From NCBI GenBank assembly GCA_963754105.1, contig CAVWEZ010000007.1, forward strand, positions 315,383 to 379,382: DNA of 64,000 bases. The letters run 5' to 3'. Source of the DNA: an uncultured Acidobacteriota bacterium (GTDB taxonomy: Bacteria > Acidobacteriota > Terriglobia > Acidiferrales > UBA7541). The translations under genes and the position numbers were made by a program. Below the pieces are notes generated by a model. That model had not been told where the DNA came from and did not search any database. It saw only the letters and a list, made by a program, of their open reading frames with translations. The stretch's first letter is position 1; the number at the start of each line of letters is the position of its first letter. Below, piece after piece: positions 32,559 through 42,104 of the stretch.

Positions 32559-32653
32559 TCATTTTTTCTGCGACGGTTGGTGGCGGATTCCGGCGAGAGC
32601 CCTCGGATCAGAAACTCGAGCGATCCTTAAGCCCTCGCCGAATCTTCGCATGG

Positions 32654-33142
32654 CTAGCCGGCTGTCTGTGCGCGCTGTTGCGTCTTCATTGCTTCCTGCA
32701 TCCGCTTGCTCATCTCTTCCGGTGAAACATCCTCTTTGTGAGTGGCCAGCGACCAGGAATGGCCGAACGGATCGGTGAGCCTGCCGTAACGATCGCCCCA
32801 AAGTTGGTCAGCGAGCGGTTGCGCTTCCTTGGCGCCCGCAGACAATGCTTTCTTGAAGGTCGAGTCAACGTCCTCTAGATACAAAAAGATACTGACCGTG
32901 GAGCTGCCAAGGGATTGGGGAGAGCGGACCCCACTGTTCGCCTGCGAAGGGCCCAGCATAATGATCGAGTCGCCTATCTTGATTTCGGCATGAGAAATCT
33001 TACCGTCGGGCCCGGGCATGCGCATGATTTCCTTGGCTCCAAATGCCTGCTGATAGAACTCAATTGCGCGCGCTCCGTCGTCAACAGCAAGATATGGTGT
33101 GACGGTGTGAAAGCCTTCTGGAACTGCGTTTACTCTTGACAT
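32654..33142 (-). CDS. VOC (glyoxalase/PhnB-like) family protein
   Basis: An intact 162-aa ORF reading VTPYLAVDDGARAIEFYQQAFGAKE...HAEIKIGDSIIML...WGDRYGRLTDPFGHSWSLATH. Confidence 0.8.
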   Translation of the reverse strand: MSRVNAVPEGFHTVTPYLAVDDGARAIEFYQQAFGAKEIMRMPGPDGKISHAEIKIGDSIIMLGPSQANSGVRSPQSLGSSTVSIFLYLEDVDSTFKKALSAGAKEAQPLADQLWGDRYGRLTDPFGHSWSLATHKEDVSPEEMSKRMQEAMKTQQRAQTAG

Positions 33143-33254
33143 GGTTTCTCCTTTTCGGGTCGTCCCGGTCCTAAGCGTGGGACGTGAATGGGTGGTGACA
33201 GGCTGGGGCGAATCGGCTGGATAAGAAACTACTTACCGCAACGGCGGATGAAAA

Positions 33255-34957
33255 TCAAATTGAGGGATCGACGTCCACGGGAATGTCGGAGCCTTTGGCC
33301 AGGGCGGCGGAGAGTTCCGGGGGCATAACTGCGTACTTTGTGAACCACTTCTCGGTGCGCGCGCGGTCTCCTGTGGCTTCTTGCTCGAGTAATTCCTTAG
33401 CGAGCGATGCGATTGCTGCGGGCATTTTCTTGAAGTCGATTTCGTAGAGGCCGGTGGAAGGGTTTCGGCGGATCGCGCCCTGTTCCGTGAGGTAGCTCAG
33501 CTCCATCATGGCGCCTGCGCCGTGCGCCTCGGCGATTCCGAAGCGGATGGTGCGAAAAGTTTCGCCGAGAAAGGAAGCGTAAATTTCATTTAGCTTGTCC
33601 TTGGAATCACGCCGTGGTCCACCAGCCACTTCACGCAGAGCAGGCCGGTGATGTCCGCTTTGGATTCTTCGAGTGCGGAATATTGCGGGCCGATTGCTTC
33701 GCGAATGTCGAGTTTGCCATTCGAGCCGTGCACGTATGCGGGCCGAGGCCGTGGGAGATTTCGTGGAGGATGACGAAGTCGAGCGTGCCTTCGCCGGTGA
33801 CCATCGTGGCCTGATCGGCGCGCATGAGGCGCTCGGCGAGCGGCAGAATGATGTAGTTCACGCGCGCATCCAGGAAATTCTTCCAGAAGATTTTCTTCGA
33901 GCCTTTTTCCTCGTGGATGCGCGGATCGTTCGGCAGATTATCGGCCACGGCCTGGTAGCCGTGCAGCAGGTCGCCCGCGCGATAAATGGCGTCCACCACT
34001 TCCATGGGCGATTGCTTGCCGCGCTTCGGAAGGCAAATCCTCGGCGCGAGCGGCAGCGATTCCTGAAGATCGGGAACGTATTTCTGGAAGAGCGGCGAGC
34101 TTTTTGCTTTCTGCGTCGTTGCGGATCATGATCCGACGCGCCGTAGGAGGTTTTCACGCCGAGCAGACCGTCGAGATAGGTTTCATACGGCGCGAAGATG
34201 ACGTCGAATTTCGGATTTTCGAGATCGAGCCAGGCGATGTCGCTCGCGAAGTAATCGTCGGTGAGCAGAGCGTCGGCGCGCAGGCGCAGGAAATTCGCGA
34301 ACGCCGGATCGTCGCTCAGCTCGCGCGGCTTCGCGGAGATCCTTGGCCATGGGAACGAGGAACTCGCGGAAGGCGACGTGGTAGGGAACGGCTTCGAGAG
34401 CGTCGCCGTTGCGGCCTGACTATCGTTTGACCATTGTAAAGAGCCGGCTTTTTGGTCGGGATGCGCGGCGACGTAGGCGTCGAATTTCGCGCTGCGTAAA
34501 ATCCTTCGGGATAAAAATCCGCGGCCGGGCGGCATCGGCTGCGTGCCGACGAAGGGCTTGTTGTCGTCGATCAGATCGTAGCGGCTGCCGTTGATTTTGA
34601 GATATCGGCGCAGCATCTGGTCCTGCGGATTCTTGCTATTTGCGAGCGAGAGATAGAGTTTCAGTCCTTCGGGATCGCTCTGGCGCCAGTAGATGCAATC
34701 GAGCAGGCCGGCGGCGTCGACGAGCTTATCGACCATTTTCTTTTCGCGCGGGGTGAGATCCTTGGAGTTGAAATGGTATATTGATGGGCTTGAATTTTGC
34801 AAACTGCTGGGCAAGATCCGGCGCGATAACCAGTTTGGATGAGGCGGACTGGGAAGCAGATGATCCTGGAGCTGATATCGTCCACGCCGCTCCGATGACG
34901 ATCAAGCCCGAAAGTATCAGGGAGAAAATTGCGGGATCGGAGAACGCCCCCTCGCAA
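33255..34957 (-). pseudogene. Secreted zinc metallopeptidase-like protein (HExxH; DPP3/M49-related family, tentative); at least 4 frame interruptions
   Basis: A TTG start with a signal-like N-terminus (MRGGVLRSRNF / SLILSGLIVIGAAWT). Pieces read FNSKDLTPREKKMVDKLVDAAGLLDCIYWRQSD, ...DFVILHEISHGLGPH, and ...FGIAEAHGAGAMMELSYLTEQGAI... Confidence 0.55.
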
Positions 34958-35200
34958 AAAGTTCAGAGTAGAATCTACCTCGACCCTTTGTTTTCTGTAA
35001 GTTGCGTCACGTTTTATTCGTCTCTCAGTTGCGAGTAGAGATGAGCGATGCGCGGCAGCCGGCGGCTCGGCCAGGGTTCGTTCGCCCGCCGTCGGTCCAT
35101 GTCTTGGTCGACTTCCTTAGTATTTCGCACGCGCCTATATTAGAGCAGGGGGCGGCTAGCGCAAGCACAAACTCCTGTGGACTTATTTCTCTGATTGACG

Positions 35201-35696
35201 ATGGCCAAGAAAAGCGCGGGACTCTGATGTATCGAGTGCGGGATGGAAAGTTAGAGGTTCTGCTGGTGCATCTGGGCGGGCCGTTTTCGGGCGAAAAAGG
35301 ATGCCGGGGCCTGGTTTGTGCCCAAGGGAGAAGTGGAGCCTGGCGAAGACGAACTTGGCGCCGCCAAGCGCGAATTTAGAGAAGAAACCGGTTTCGATCC
35401 GGGCGATGAAGTGCAACCTCTCGGAAGCGTAAAGCACAAGAGCGGGAAAACAGTTACCGCAGTGGGCGTTCGAGGGCGATTGCAATCCTGCCGCTTTGAA
35501 AAGCAATACCTTCACAATCGAGTGGCCGCCGCGCTCAGGGAAGCAGCGGGAATTTCCCGAGATTGATCGAGCCGCGTTCTTCACCGTCGAAACGGCTCGC
35601 GCCAAAATTCACCCTGCCGAACTTGATCTTGTTGAACGACTGCATTCGCTTTGGGAGGGGCTCCAACATCTGGACCTTAGAAACAGGGATGCATGA
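35201..35696 (+). pseudogene. NUDIX hydrolase (COG4119-like); at least 3 frame interruptions
   Basis: MAKKSAGL / MYRVRDGKLEVLLVHLGGPF / VPKGEVEPGEDELGAAKREFREETG (Nudix box) / TFTIEWPPRSGKQREFPEIDRAAFFTVETARAKIHPAELDLVERL across frames. Confidence 0.75.
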
Positions 35697-36399
35697 GGAA
35701 TCTGAAGAAGCAGGAGCGAACCGCCATCGAAGCCGTCGCCAGACGGTTCTCGGCAACGTGGGAAAAGGGCGGTGATCCCTCCGACGCCTGTATCATGGTC
35801 GCCGGGAAACGGGTTGCTCTTGCATCGCAACCCTCAAACCGCGCGGCGCCAGTCACGGTAAGGACGCCAAGCCTCGTTTGAGGTTCGATAAGGTTGCCAC
35901 CAGGCTCATCGAACATCTGCAAACCACCCTTGACGAAACCGTTCCGGAAGGCATGACAGTCTTGCTGACCATCACCGCTCCCATCCGCTTGCCATCGAAA
36001 ACCGCTGCCTCGCTGGAAGGGAAAACACGAACTTTTCTCGGGCAGGGTTCGCCGGGTCGAGATGAGAAAGCCACGATTCACGGGAATCGCATTCGGATTC
36101 GACTTTTGAAAGGCAAATCCGAGCGAGCGCCAAAAATGATCGGGTTCGTGCACAATTCCGACTCAGACCCACTTCTACTTTTGAACATGACACGTGAATT
36201 GCTTGAGCTGATCAGCGCCGAGGCTGGCGGGCGGACTCTGAGGCGGGCGGGTGATCGGTGGCTGGTTGTAGTAAGCGCTGGAGGGATTTCATGCCTAGAG
36301 GCATATCGCTACATCTATTCGCAGCTGCGCATAGCGACCGGCTTTAAGAAAACTCTCATGGTGTTTGACGATGGACGCCTCGGCATGTTGAAGGAATGA
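35693..36399 (+). pseudogene. Hypothetical protein (about 235 aa), start overlaps the NUDIX stop (ATGA); frame interrupted near 35830-35880
   Basis: MRNLKKQERTAIEAVARRFSATWEKGGDPSDACIMVAGKRVA... continues as RFDKVATRLIEHLQTTLDETVPEGMTVLLTITAPIRLPSK... No domain recognised. Confidence 0.4.
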
Positions 36400-36459
36400 A
36401 ACGACCGTAAGGAAAAGGGTTCAAGTAACATATCAGGCTGGCTGTGAGGAGTTGCTGAA

Positions 36460-37336
36460 ATGGAAAATCGCGGTTTCCTCCCTTGCATCACTCTGATAGG
36501 AATTTGCTTACTCCTACCTCAACTTTCGGGTGCACGCCAGAGCGCGATCGTTTGGAACGATCAGGAAAAACCTATTGCACAGCAGATTGGCACGCTGCGT
36601 TCGCTGCCCGATGATGTTCGCGCGCGGACGACAAAGCAGCTTGCGCTTCAGATTCGTCAACTGCCTGCCGGCGCCAACAAACTGACGCTAGCGAACTCTC
36701 TCGCCAATCTCTCGACGGAAGGTGATTTCGGCCGCGACACGCTGCAGGAAGTGACGACCACTCTGGCCGAAGCGCTTCGCGAACACCCCGTGCCTGAGGA
36801 AGAAGGGCCAACCTGCCGCGCCGTACGTCGAACTTGCACAACTTGTCCGTTACGAGCACATGCAAGCGTCGTCCGATTCGCCGGAGTTTTCCGCGGCAAT
36901 GGCGAAACTTGAAAGCGATGACAAAGGGCGCCAGCATGCGGACTTCACGCTCACGGACCTGGAGGGCAAGAGTTGGACGCTCAGCAAACTCCGAGGCAAA
37001 GTTGTGGTTGTGAATTTCTGGGCTACCTGGTGTCCACCGTGCCGCAAGGAAATGCCCGATCTCGAGGCTCTCTACAATCATTTCAAGGGCCAGGGGCTCG
37101 TAGTGCTGGCCATATCGGACGAAGATGCCGCCAAGGTGCGGCCGTTCATCGCCGAGCGCCAGGTGACGTACCCCGTCCTGCTCGATCCTGGTCGCGAGGT
37201 GAACGATCTATTTCAGGTGGAAGGAATTCCTAAGACCTTCGTCTATGACCGCAACGGCAAGCTGGTCGCACAATCCATCGATATGCGGACCCAGAAGCAG
37301 TTCCTTGGGATGCTCGCGGAAGCAGGACTCAAATAG
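36460..37336 (+). pseudogene. TlpA/ResA-like thiol:disulfide oxidoreductase with N-terminal extension; frame interrupted near 36810
   Basis: A signal peptide (MENRGFLPCITLIGICLLLPQLSGA) is present. The C-terminal thioredoxin fold has VVVVNFWATWCPPCRKEMPDLEALY...GIPKTFVYD. Confidence 0.8.
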
Positions 37337-37461
37337 CCATCGCAGGGAGAACTGGGTGGGGACGGCGGGCCAACGTCCCGCCGAACCCTGACTCCGGTCT
37401 TCGAGTCCGACTGTATCTCTCTTTTGATGGGTTTGTGCGGACTCCTCGCTGCTTTGAACCG

Positions 37462-37755
37462 TCACGCAGCTTCGACGATACGAAAATCCCGTTGCGCGGC
37501 GTTGTCGAAGGCTTTGAGCGCCGCCCGATACAGGTCGCTTTCATACGCGGCGATCGCCTTTTCCAGGTTTTCAAACTCAACGACGACAACCGACTGATCT
37601 ACTCCCGCCTCGCGGGTTTCCGCAGGCTTGCCTCCGATGATAACGCGACCTCCCAAAGCATCCAGCGCAGCGCGCGCAAGCCTCGCATATTCTGACATCG
37701 CGGCGGGATTCGAGACCGATTCGTAGCACACTACCCAATATCCCTTCTTAACCAT
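37462..37755 (-). CDS. DUF1330 domain protein
   Basis: An intact 97-aa ORF reading MVKKGYWVVCYESVSNPAAMSEYARLA...VVVVEFENLEKAIAAYESDLYRAAL. Confidence 0.8.
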   Translation of the reverse strand: MVKKGYWVVCYESVSNPAAMSEYARLARAALDALGGRVIIGGKPAETREAGVDQSVVVVEFENLEKAIAAYESDLYRAALKAFDNAAQRDFRIVEAA

Positions 37756-37970
37756 TGTGAGTCCTCCAGGAAAGAATGAATGCGACGATCGTAATCCGTG
37801 CCTTAAATCGTTGGGATTGTGCCGCCATCAATTACATACTCAGCACCAGCAATGGCGGCAGCTTTCTCCGAAGGCAATGGATCGTACGGGCTGTTACCAA
37901 TAACTGGGTGCGAGCGGCAGAAAGCAGAAAAGCCGCCAGACAGGGCCGCTCCCCGACGGCACCTGCGGCT

Positions 37971-38456
37971 TCATTCACTAATGACGTGGTCGGCCCATTC
38001 CACCAGGGAAACGTAGATCGGAACCGTGCCCCATTGCGCGTTCCAACTGCTCAAGTCCGCCTCCGTGACCCCACGGGCCCGGGAGCAGGCTCCTCAAGAA
38101 AATACCGGGATGCGTTTGGCTACAACCTTCGCCATGGTCTCGCTCAGGGGAGGCCATCCGATGGGTTTGACCACATCAACCGTCGCTTTGCGCATGAGGT
38201 ACGTAGCGTCGTGAGTGAGAAATATCTGCACATCATGCCCGGCGTCGGCCAGTGCGAGCCCGTGGGAAAAGACGAAGGATGCGCGGGTCGGCTCATCGGT
38301 TCCCCAAGAACTCCTCATCAAAATGTGCAGTTTCTTCTTGGGTGCCTGAGGTTGCTGAGTCTGCGCATCGCTGGTGGAAGCCGTAATGGCCCCGGCGGCG
38401 AGTACGCCAGCAGCCAATTGCGTCGATTTTTCAAGAAAGCTTCGGCGGGTTGCCAC
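37971..38456 (-). CDS. Tat-signal DsrE/DsrF-like protein with an in-frame TGA (38094-38096); selenocysteine candidate, or point error/pseudogene
   Basis: MATRRSFLEKSTQLAAGVLAAG carries a twin-Arg signal. The ORF stops at ...KRIPVFS-TGA, but the same frame continues for 40 more codons as GACSRARGVTEADLSSWNAQWGTVPIYVSLVEWADHVISE, a typical DsrE-family C-terminus. The TGA sits where the first Cys of a CGAC motif is expected. Confidence 0.6.
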
Positions 38457-38571
38457 ACCTCACCTCCGGCAATTCGCAGGACTCTACACGAGCCGTGGGC
38501 TGATTACAAATTATTATTGAGGTTCGCATAAACACACTTATAAGGGCAACAGTTCCGCTATCGCAGCAGAA

Positions 38572-39483
38572 CTAGTTTGCGACGACGGCGGTAGGGGCGG
38601 GGCGGCCGGAGACAATTTCGTGGACGATTTTGGCGGCCAGGGCTTTGCTTGTGGCGCAGGATGAGTCGTTGATGCGGCATTGCGCGATCGTGAACTTGCA
38701 GCCGCAAGTACAAAGGTCCGTGTTCATGCGCTTGAGCGCCTCGCGCTTTTGCGCCGCAGTCAGCCCCTTAAAATCCACGCCGGGGAGTTCCGTGGCGTTC
38801 GCTGCATTCTTCATGAAAATCTCGCCGACATCCTGGAACGTTTCAACTTTAGCTTTCACGGGCATGCCGAGCAGCGACCGGATTTCGGTGTCATAAACTC
38901 CGATGGGGTAGAGGCCAGCGTGCTTTTGGACGACGCGTCCTTCGGGCGAGATAATAAATGAGGTAGGAAGGGCCGGCACGCCTCCATATTCGGCCTCAAT
39001 GGCGCCGCTGCCCATCACGACCGGATAGGTGATGCCAATCTGTTTGGCGAATTCCAGAACCTCGCTGGCGGGTGCGTCGTCCATCGAGACGCCGATGATC
39101 TGGAGCTTGTCCTTGTAGCGGCTGGAGAGTTCGATCAGCTCTGGAATCTCTTCGCGGCAAGGTGGGCACCAAGTGGCCCAAAAATTTACTAGCACGACTT
39201 TGCCGTGGAAGCCGGCTGTGGAGATGATGCCGCCGTCCAAATCGTTTACTAGAAACGGAGGCATGCGCTCGGGATTGCGCGCGAAGTGGATTACCGACGG
39301 CACGCCTGAATCATCGGCATCATCTCCGCTCTCCTGCGCGCTTTTGGCATGAGCAGCTAATGAGTGGGAAGAAGCGGCGTGATTCGCGGCTAAGATGCGG
39401 CGCCCGCGGACCAGGGTCACAAGGCCGATCAGCAGGAGAATAGCGGCGCCCAGCGCCAATAAGATTGTGGAAGTCCGTTTCAT
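38572..39483 (-). CDS. TlpA-like thioredoxin-fold protein with a C-terminal Cys-rich domain
   Basis: The start is placed at MKRTSTILLALGAAILLLIGLV (GAGGAA 5 nt upstream), although the ORF extends to 39531. VVLVNFWATWCPPCREEIPEL is present, and the C-terminus reads DLCTCGCKFTIAQCRINDSSC. Confidence 0.8.
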   Translation of the reverse strand: MKRTSTILLALGAAILLLIGLVTLVRGRRILAANHAASSHSLAAHAKSAQESGDDADDSGVPSVIHFARNPERMPPFLVNDLDGGIISTAGFHGKVVLVNFWATWCPPCREEIPELIELSSRYKDKLQIIGVSMDDAPASEVLEFAKQIGITYPVVMGSGAIEAEYGGVPALPTSFIISPEGRVVQKHAGLYPIGVYDTEIRSLLGMPVKAKVETFQDVGEIFMKNAANATELPGVDFKGLTAAQKREALKRMNTDLCTCGCKFTIAQCRINDSSCATSKALAAKIVHEIVSGRPAPTAVVAN

Positions 39484-39990
39484 ACGATTCCTCTGGCTAT
39501 TATGAGCCAGAGCCTGGATTCGCACAATCATTTGGAGTTAGCGATGCTGGCTCCGGTCCGCTACGGGATGGATATTCCCGAATCGAAACGCTAGATTAGA
39601 AACCGCAGTAGTGCTGGAGCGTTAAGTGCTGGGTATTGAACAATCGAAGCTAGGAATTATAAGTTTCTTTGAGGCATGCCGTTTGCAATGAGCAGGGGCG
39701 TGGTCGCGTTCCTACGCGGTCCGCGCTATTGGGGGATGGGGAGGAAGGGGCCCATTTACCGGTGGAACGGATCGTTCCCACCTGCCTCTGAGAGGGAAGC
39801 TAGGATGGATGACCCCATGGTCCGGTCTCGCCTAGGCCGGGCCAATGGAACGCGACTTTGGGGGTTCCCGATCCCAAGCGGGGCCCCCTCTTTTTTTCCA
39901 TCCGACGTCCGCGCAATTCAACTACTCGAAGATCTGTCTGGGCTTGTGGCTGGGTTGCATCCGACGGCGCGTGCGATAATCCCCCTGCGC

Positions 39991-40782
39991 ATGCGCAACA
40001 TCAAACTTACAATCTCATACGACGGCACGAATTTTCACGGATGGCAGATTCAGCCAGGCCTTCCTACAATTCAAGGGCTGTTGAACGATGCCGCATGCAC
40101 CATCACGCAGGAAAAAATTGTGGTTCACGGCGCCAGCCGGACTGACAGCGGAGTGCACGCGCTGAGACAAGTGGCGCACTTCAAGACGCTTTCCGGCCTG
40201 CCGGCGTCGGAATTTCAGCGCGCGCTGAACGCGTTGCTGCCGCCGGCGATTCGTATAGTGGACGCGGAGGAAGTTGGCCCCGAGTTCCATGCGCGCTGGC
40301 TGGCGCAGGCCAAGACGTATCGCTATCGAATTTATCGCGGACACGTGCTGCCGCCGTTCGATTACGGCCGCGCGCTGCACTATCCGTGGCCGCTCGACGA
40401 GGATGCCATGGCCATGGCCGCGCGGCAGTTCGCAGGCGAGCACGACTTTACTTCATTTGCAGCGTCGTCCGGCTCCGATGAAGACGACGGCGGGCGGAAT
40501 ATGGTTCGTGTGATCCATTCCTCGGAGTTGATTGGTCGGGCGGCGAATGAGGAAATCGAGTACACGGTGCGCGGGCGATCGTTTTTGAGATACATGGTGC
40601 GGAAGATCGTGGGGACGCTCATTGAAGTGGGGAAGGGAAGGCTCGCCGCTTCCGATGTTCCCAGAATTCTGGAAATGCGCGACCGATCGTCCTCGGGAGC
40701 AACTGCCCCGCCGGAGGGCTTGTACCTCGTTTCGCTGGAATATCCCGATCCTACGGACTCGCTGGGGTCGCGCCGCCCATAA
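39991..40782 (+). CDS. truA: tRNA pseudouridine(38-40) synthase
   Basis: MRNIKLTISYDGTNFHGWQIQPG...GASRTDSGVHA...RSFLRYMVRKIVG. The ORF extension upstream to 39676 has no TruA similarity. Confidence 0.9.
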   Translation: MRNIKLTISYDGTNFHGWQIQPGLPTIQGLLNDAACTITQEKIVVHGASRTDSGVHALRQVAHFKTLSGLPASEFQRALNALLPPAIRIVDAEEVGPEFHARWLAQAKTYRYRIYRGHVLPPFDYGRALHYPWPLDEDAMAMAARQFAGEHDFTSFAASSGSDEDDGGRNMVRVIHSSELIGRAANEEIEYTVRGRSFLRYMVRKIVGTLIEVGKGRLAASDVPRILEMRDRSSSGATAPPEGLYLVSLEYPDPTDSLGSRRP

Positions 40783-40938
40783 AGGCGGTCGCAGGACTTG
40801 ATGTTTTGCTGTGATGACTTTTGCTGAGTGTAAAGCGGATGTTCAAGCACGGGTTGCTTGCTACTTTCCGGCGCGCTATTGTGGGAACGCCTCGATGGTA
40901 GCCTCAGGGAGTCAGTTTTTCGGGCAGGAGATGGCCTC

Positions 40939-41307
40939 ATGAATGTCGCTTACAGCCAAATCGACATCGAATTTCGCGAAGCGGTCGAAAAAGAATGCGC
41001 GCGCCATGTCGAAAAGTTGAACAGGATTCTGAAGCGGTACACGCCCGACGCAATACAGCTGCATGTGTCGTTAGAAAAAAGTCCGCGGCGAATCGAGTAC
41101 AACTCCTCACTTAACTTGACGCTGCCGACTGGGGTGCTTCATGCCACGGGTTCCGGCGGGAGCGTGCGCTCCAGCGCAAAGGTGGCCTTCGCCGAAATCG
41201 AGAGCCAGCTGAAAAAACATCAGCAAAAGCTGCGCAAAGACTACGTTTGGAAACGAAAGCGGGGGCGCGGCGCAGTAAAGCTCGCGGAGCTACCGCAGGC
41301 GGACTGA
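40939..41307 (+). CDS. HPF/RaiA (ribosome-associated inhibitor) family protein
   Basis: MNVAYSQIDIEFREAVEKECARHVEKLNRILKRYTPDAIQLHVSLEK...FAEIESQLKKHQQKLRKD fits the S30AE-family layout from memory. Confidence 0.55.
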   Translation: MNVAYSQIDIEFREAVEKECARHVEKLNRILKRYTPDAIQLHVSLEKSPRRIEYNSSLNLTLPTGVLHATGSGGSVRSSAKVAFAEIESQLKKHQQKLRKDYVWKRKRGRGAVKLAELPQAD

Positions 41308-41392
41308 AAAGCCAACGCGCTTTCGCGGAAAAGTAAACCGTACCGCGCGGAACCTGCTTGTAGGCGCGTCCCTCTTGTGATTGAATAATTAC

Positions 41393-41465
41393 GGCAAAGG
41401 AGTTTGCCTCCCCTCGCTCGTGGGGATAAAACGCCGTTTCTTCAACGGCTGATAACTCCTCCTAA
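41393..41465 (+). promoter_or_regulatory. Fluoride riboswitch (crcB motif) candidate with an extra internal hairpin
   Basis: GGCA-AAGGAGUU-UGCC forms P1 with an 8-nt loop. ...AAAACGCCGUU-UCUUC-AACGGCUGAU-AACUCCUCC follows. The AACUCC can pair with GGAGUU of the P1 loop (pseudoknot), mirroring GGCGAUGAGGCCCGCC...AAACUGCCC...GGGCUGAUGGCCUC of known aptamers. It lies upstream of crcB and the DUF190 genes. Confidence 0.6.
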
Positions 41466-41658
41466 TTACTGCGCACCAGCTTGGTGCATGAGGACGGTAT
41501 GGGAGGAGCCAGAACAAATCGGACAATCGAAACATACATCTTGAAGTTTGCGCGGCAGTTTTGTCTGGGTTATCTGGTTATCGGTGTGTCGCAATGTAGC
41601 GTGGGATAGATCGAGGGCGCCTGGCGGCGTCGAAAGGAGAAGGAGCAGAGTCGTTACC

Positions 41659-42036
41659 ATGACCAAATATCTTATTGTTGGTATCGGAGGAGCCGTAGGG
41701 TCAATATTGCGCTTCTGGGCCGGAGGCTACGTGAGCGGCCGGTTGGGCGCTCGCTTTCCGTACGGCACCTTCGTCATCAATATCACGGCGTCGTTTCTAA
41801 TTGGTTTTGTCATGACTCTTCTGGCCGAAAAAGCGCACTGGAGCCCGAATTGGAGATACTTGATTCCGATCGGATTCCTCGGAGGATACAGCACGTTTTC
41901 CGCTTTTGAGTATGAGACGTTTCGTGTCTTCCAGGATGGCGAGCTTCTCATTGCGGCGATGAATATCGTGCTGAGCGTGGCCGTTGGTTTTGTCTCGGTC
42001 TGGCTGGGGGTCATCACCGGAAAGGCAGTCTCGTAA
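41659..42036 (+). CDS. crcB: Fluoride channel CrcB
   Basis: MTKYLIVGIGGAVGSILRFW...GTFVINITASFLIGF...GFLGGYSTFSAFEYET, with a strong AGGAGAAGGAG upstream. Confidence 0.9.
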   Translation: MTKYLIVGIGGAVGSILRFWAGGYVSGRLGARFPYGTFVINITASFLIGFVMTLLAEKAHWSPNWRYLIPIGFLGGYSTFSAFEYETFRVFQDGELLIAAMNIVLSVAVGFVSVWLGVITGKAVS

Positions 42037-42104
42037 CTGGATAGCGGCGAGAGCCGCTGAGTTCTCGATCGCACACTGCGGAATCGGAAGCTTGGGGGGG
42101 CGAC

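Noticed and set aside
39735-39897. Assigning the structured region to SRP RNA, 6S RNA, RNase P RNA or tmRNA.
   Set aside because: The diagnostic sequences are absent: the SRP GGAA tetraloop/AGCA loop, the RNase P GAGGAAAGUCC, and the tmRNA tRNA-like ends. The identity is left open.
39676-39990. An upstream extension of about 105 codons to the truA ORF.
   Set aside because: It shows no TruA similarity. The conserved N-terminus starts at MRNIKLTISYDG (39991), and the extension coincides with the hairpin-rich candidate RNA region.
41466-41666. A 66-aa minus-strand ORF and a 17-codon plus-strand mini-ORF between the riboswitch and crcB.
   Set aside because: No RBS and no motifs are present. The region is more plausibly the riboswitch expression platform or 5' UTR.
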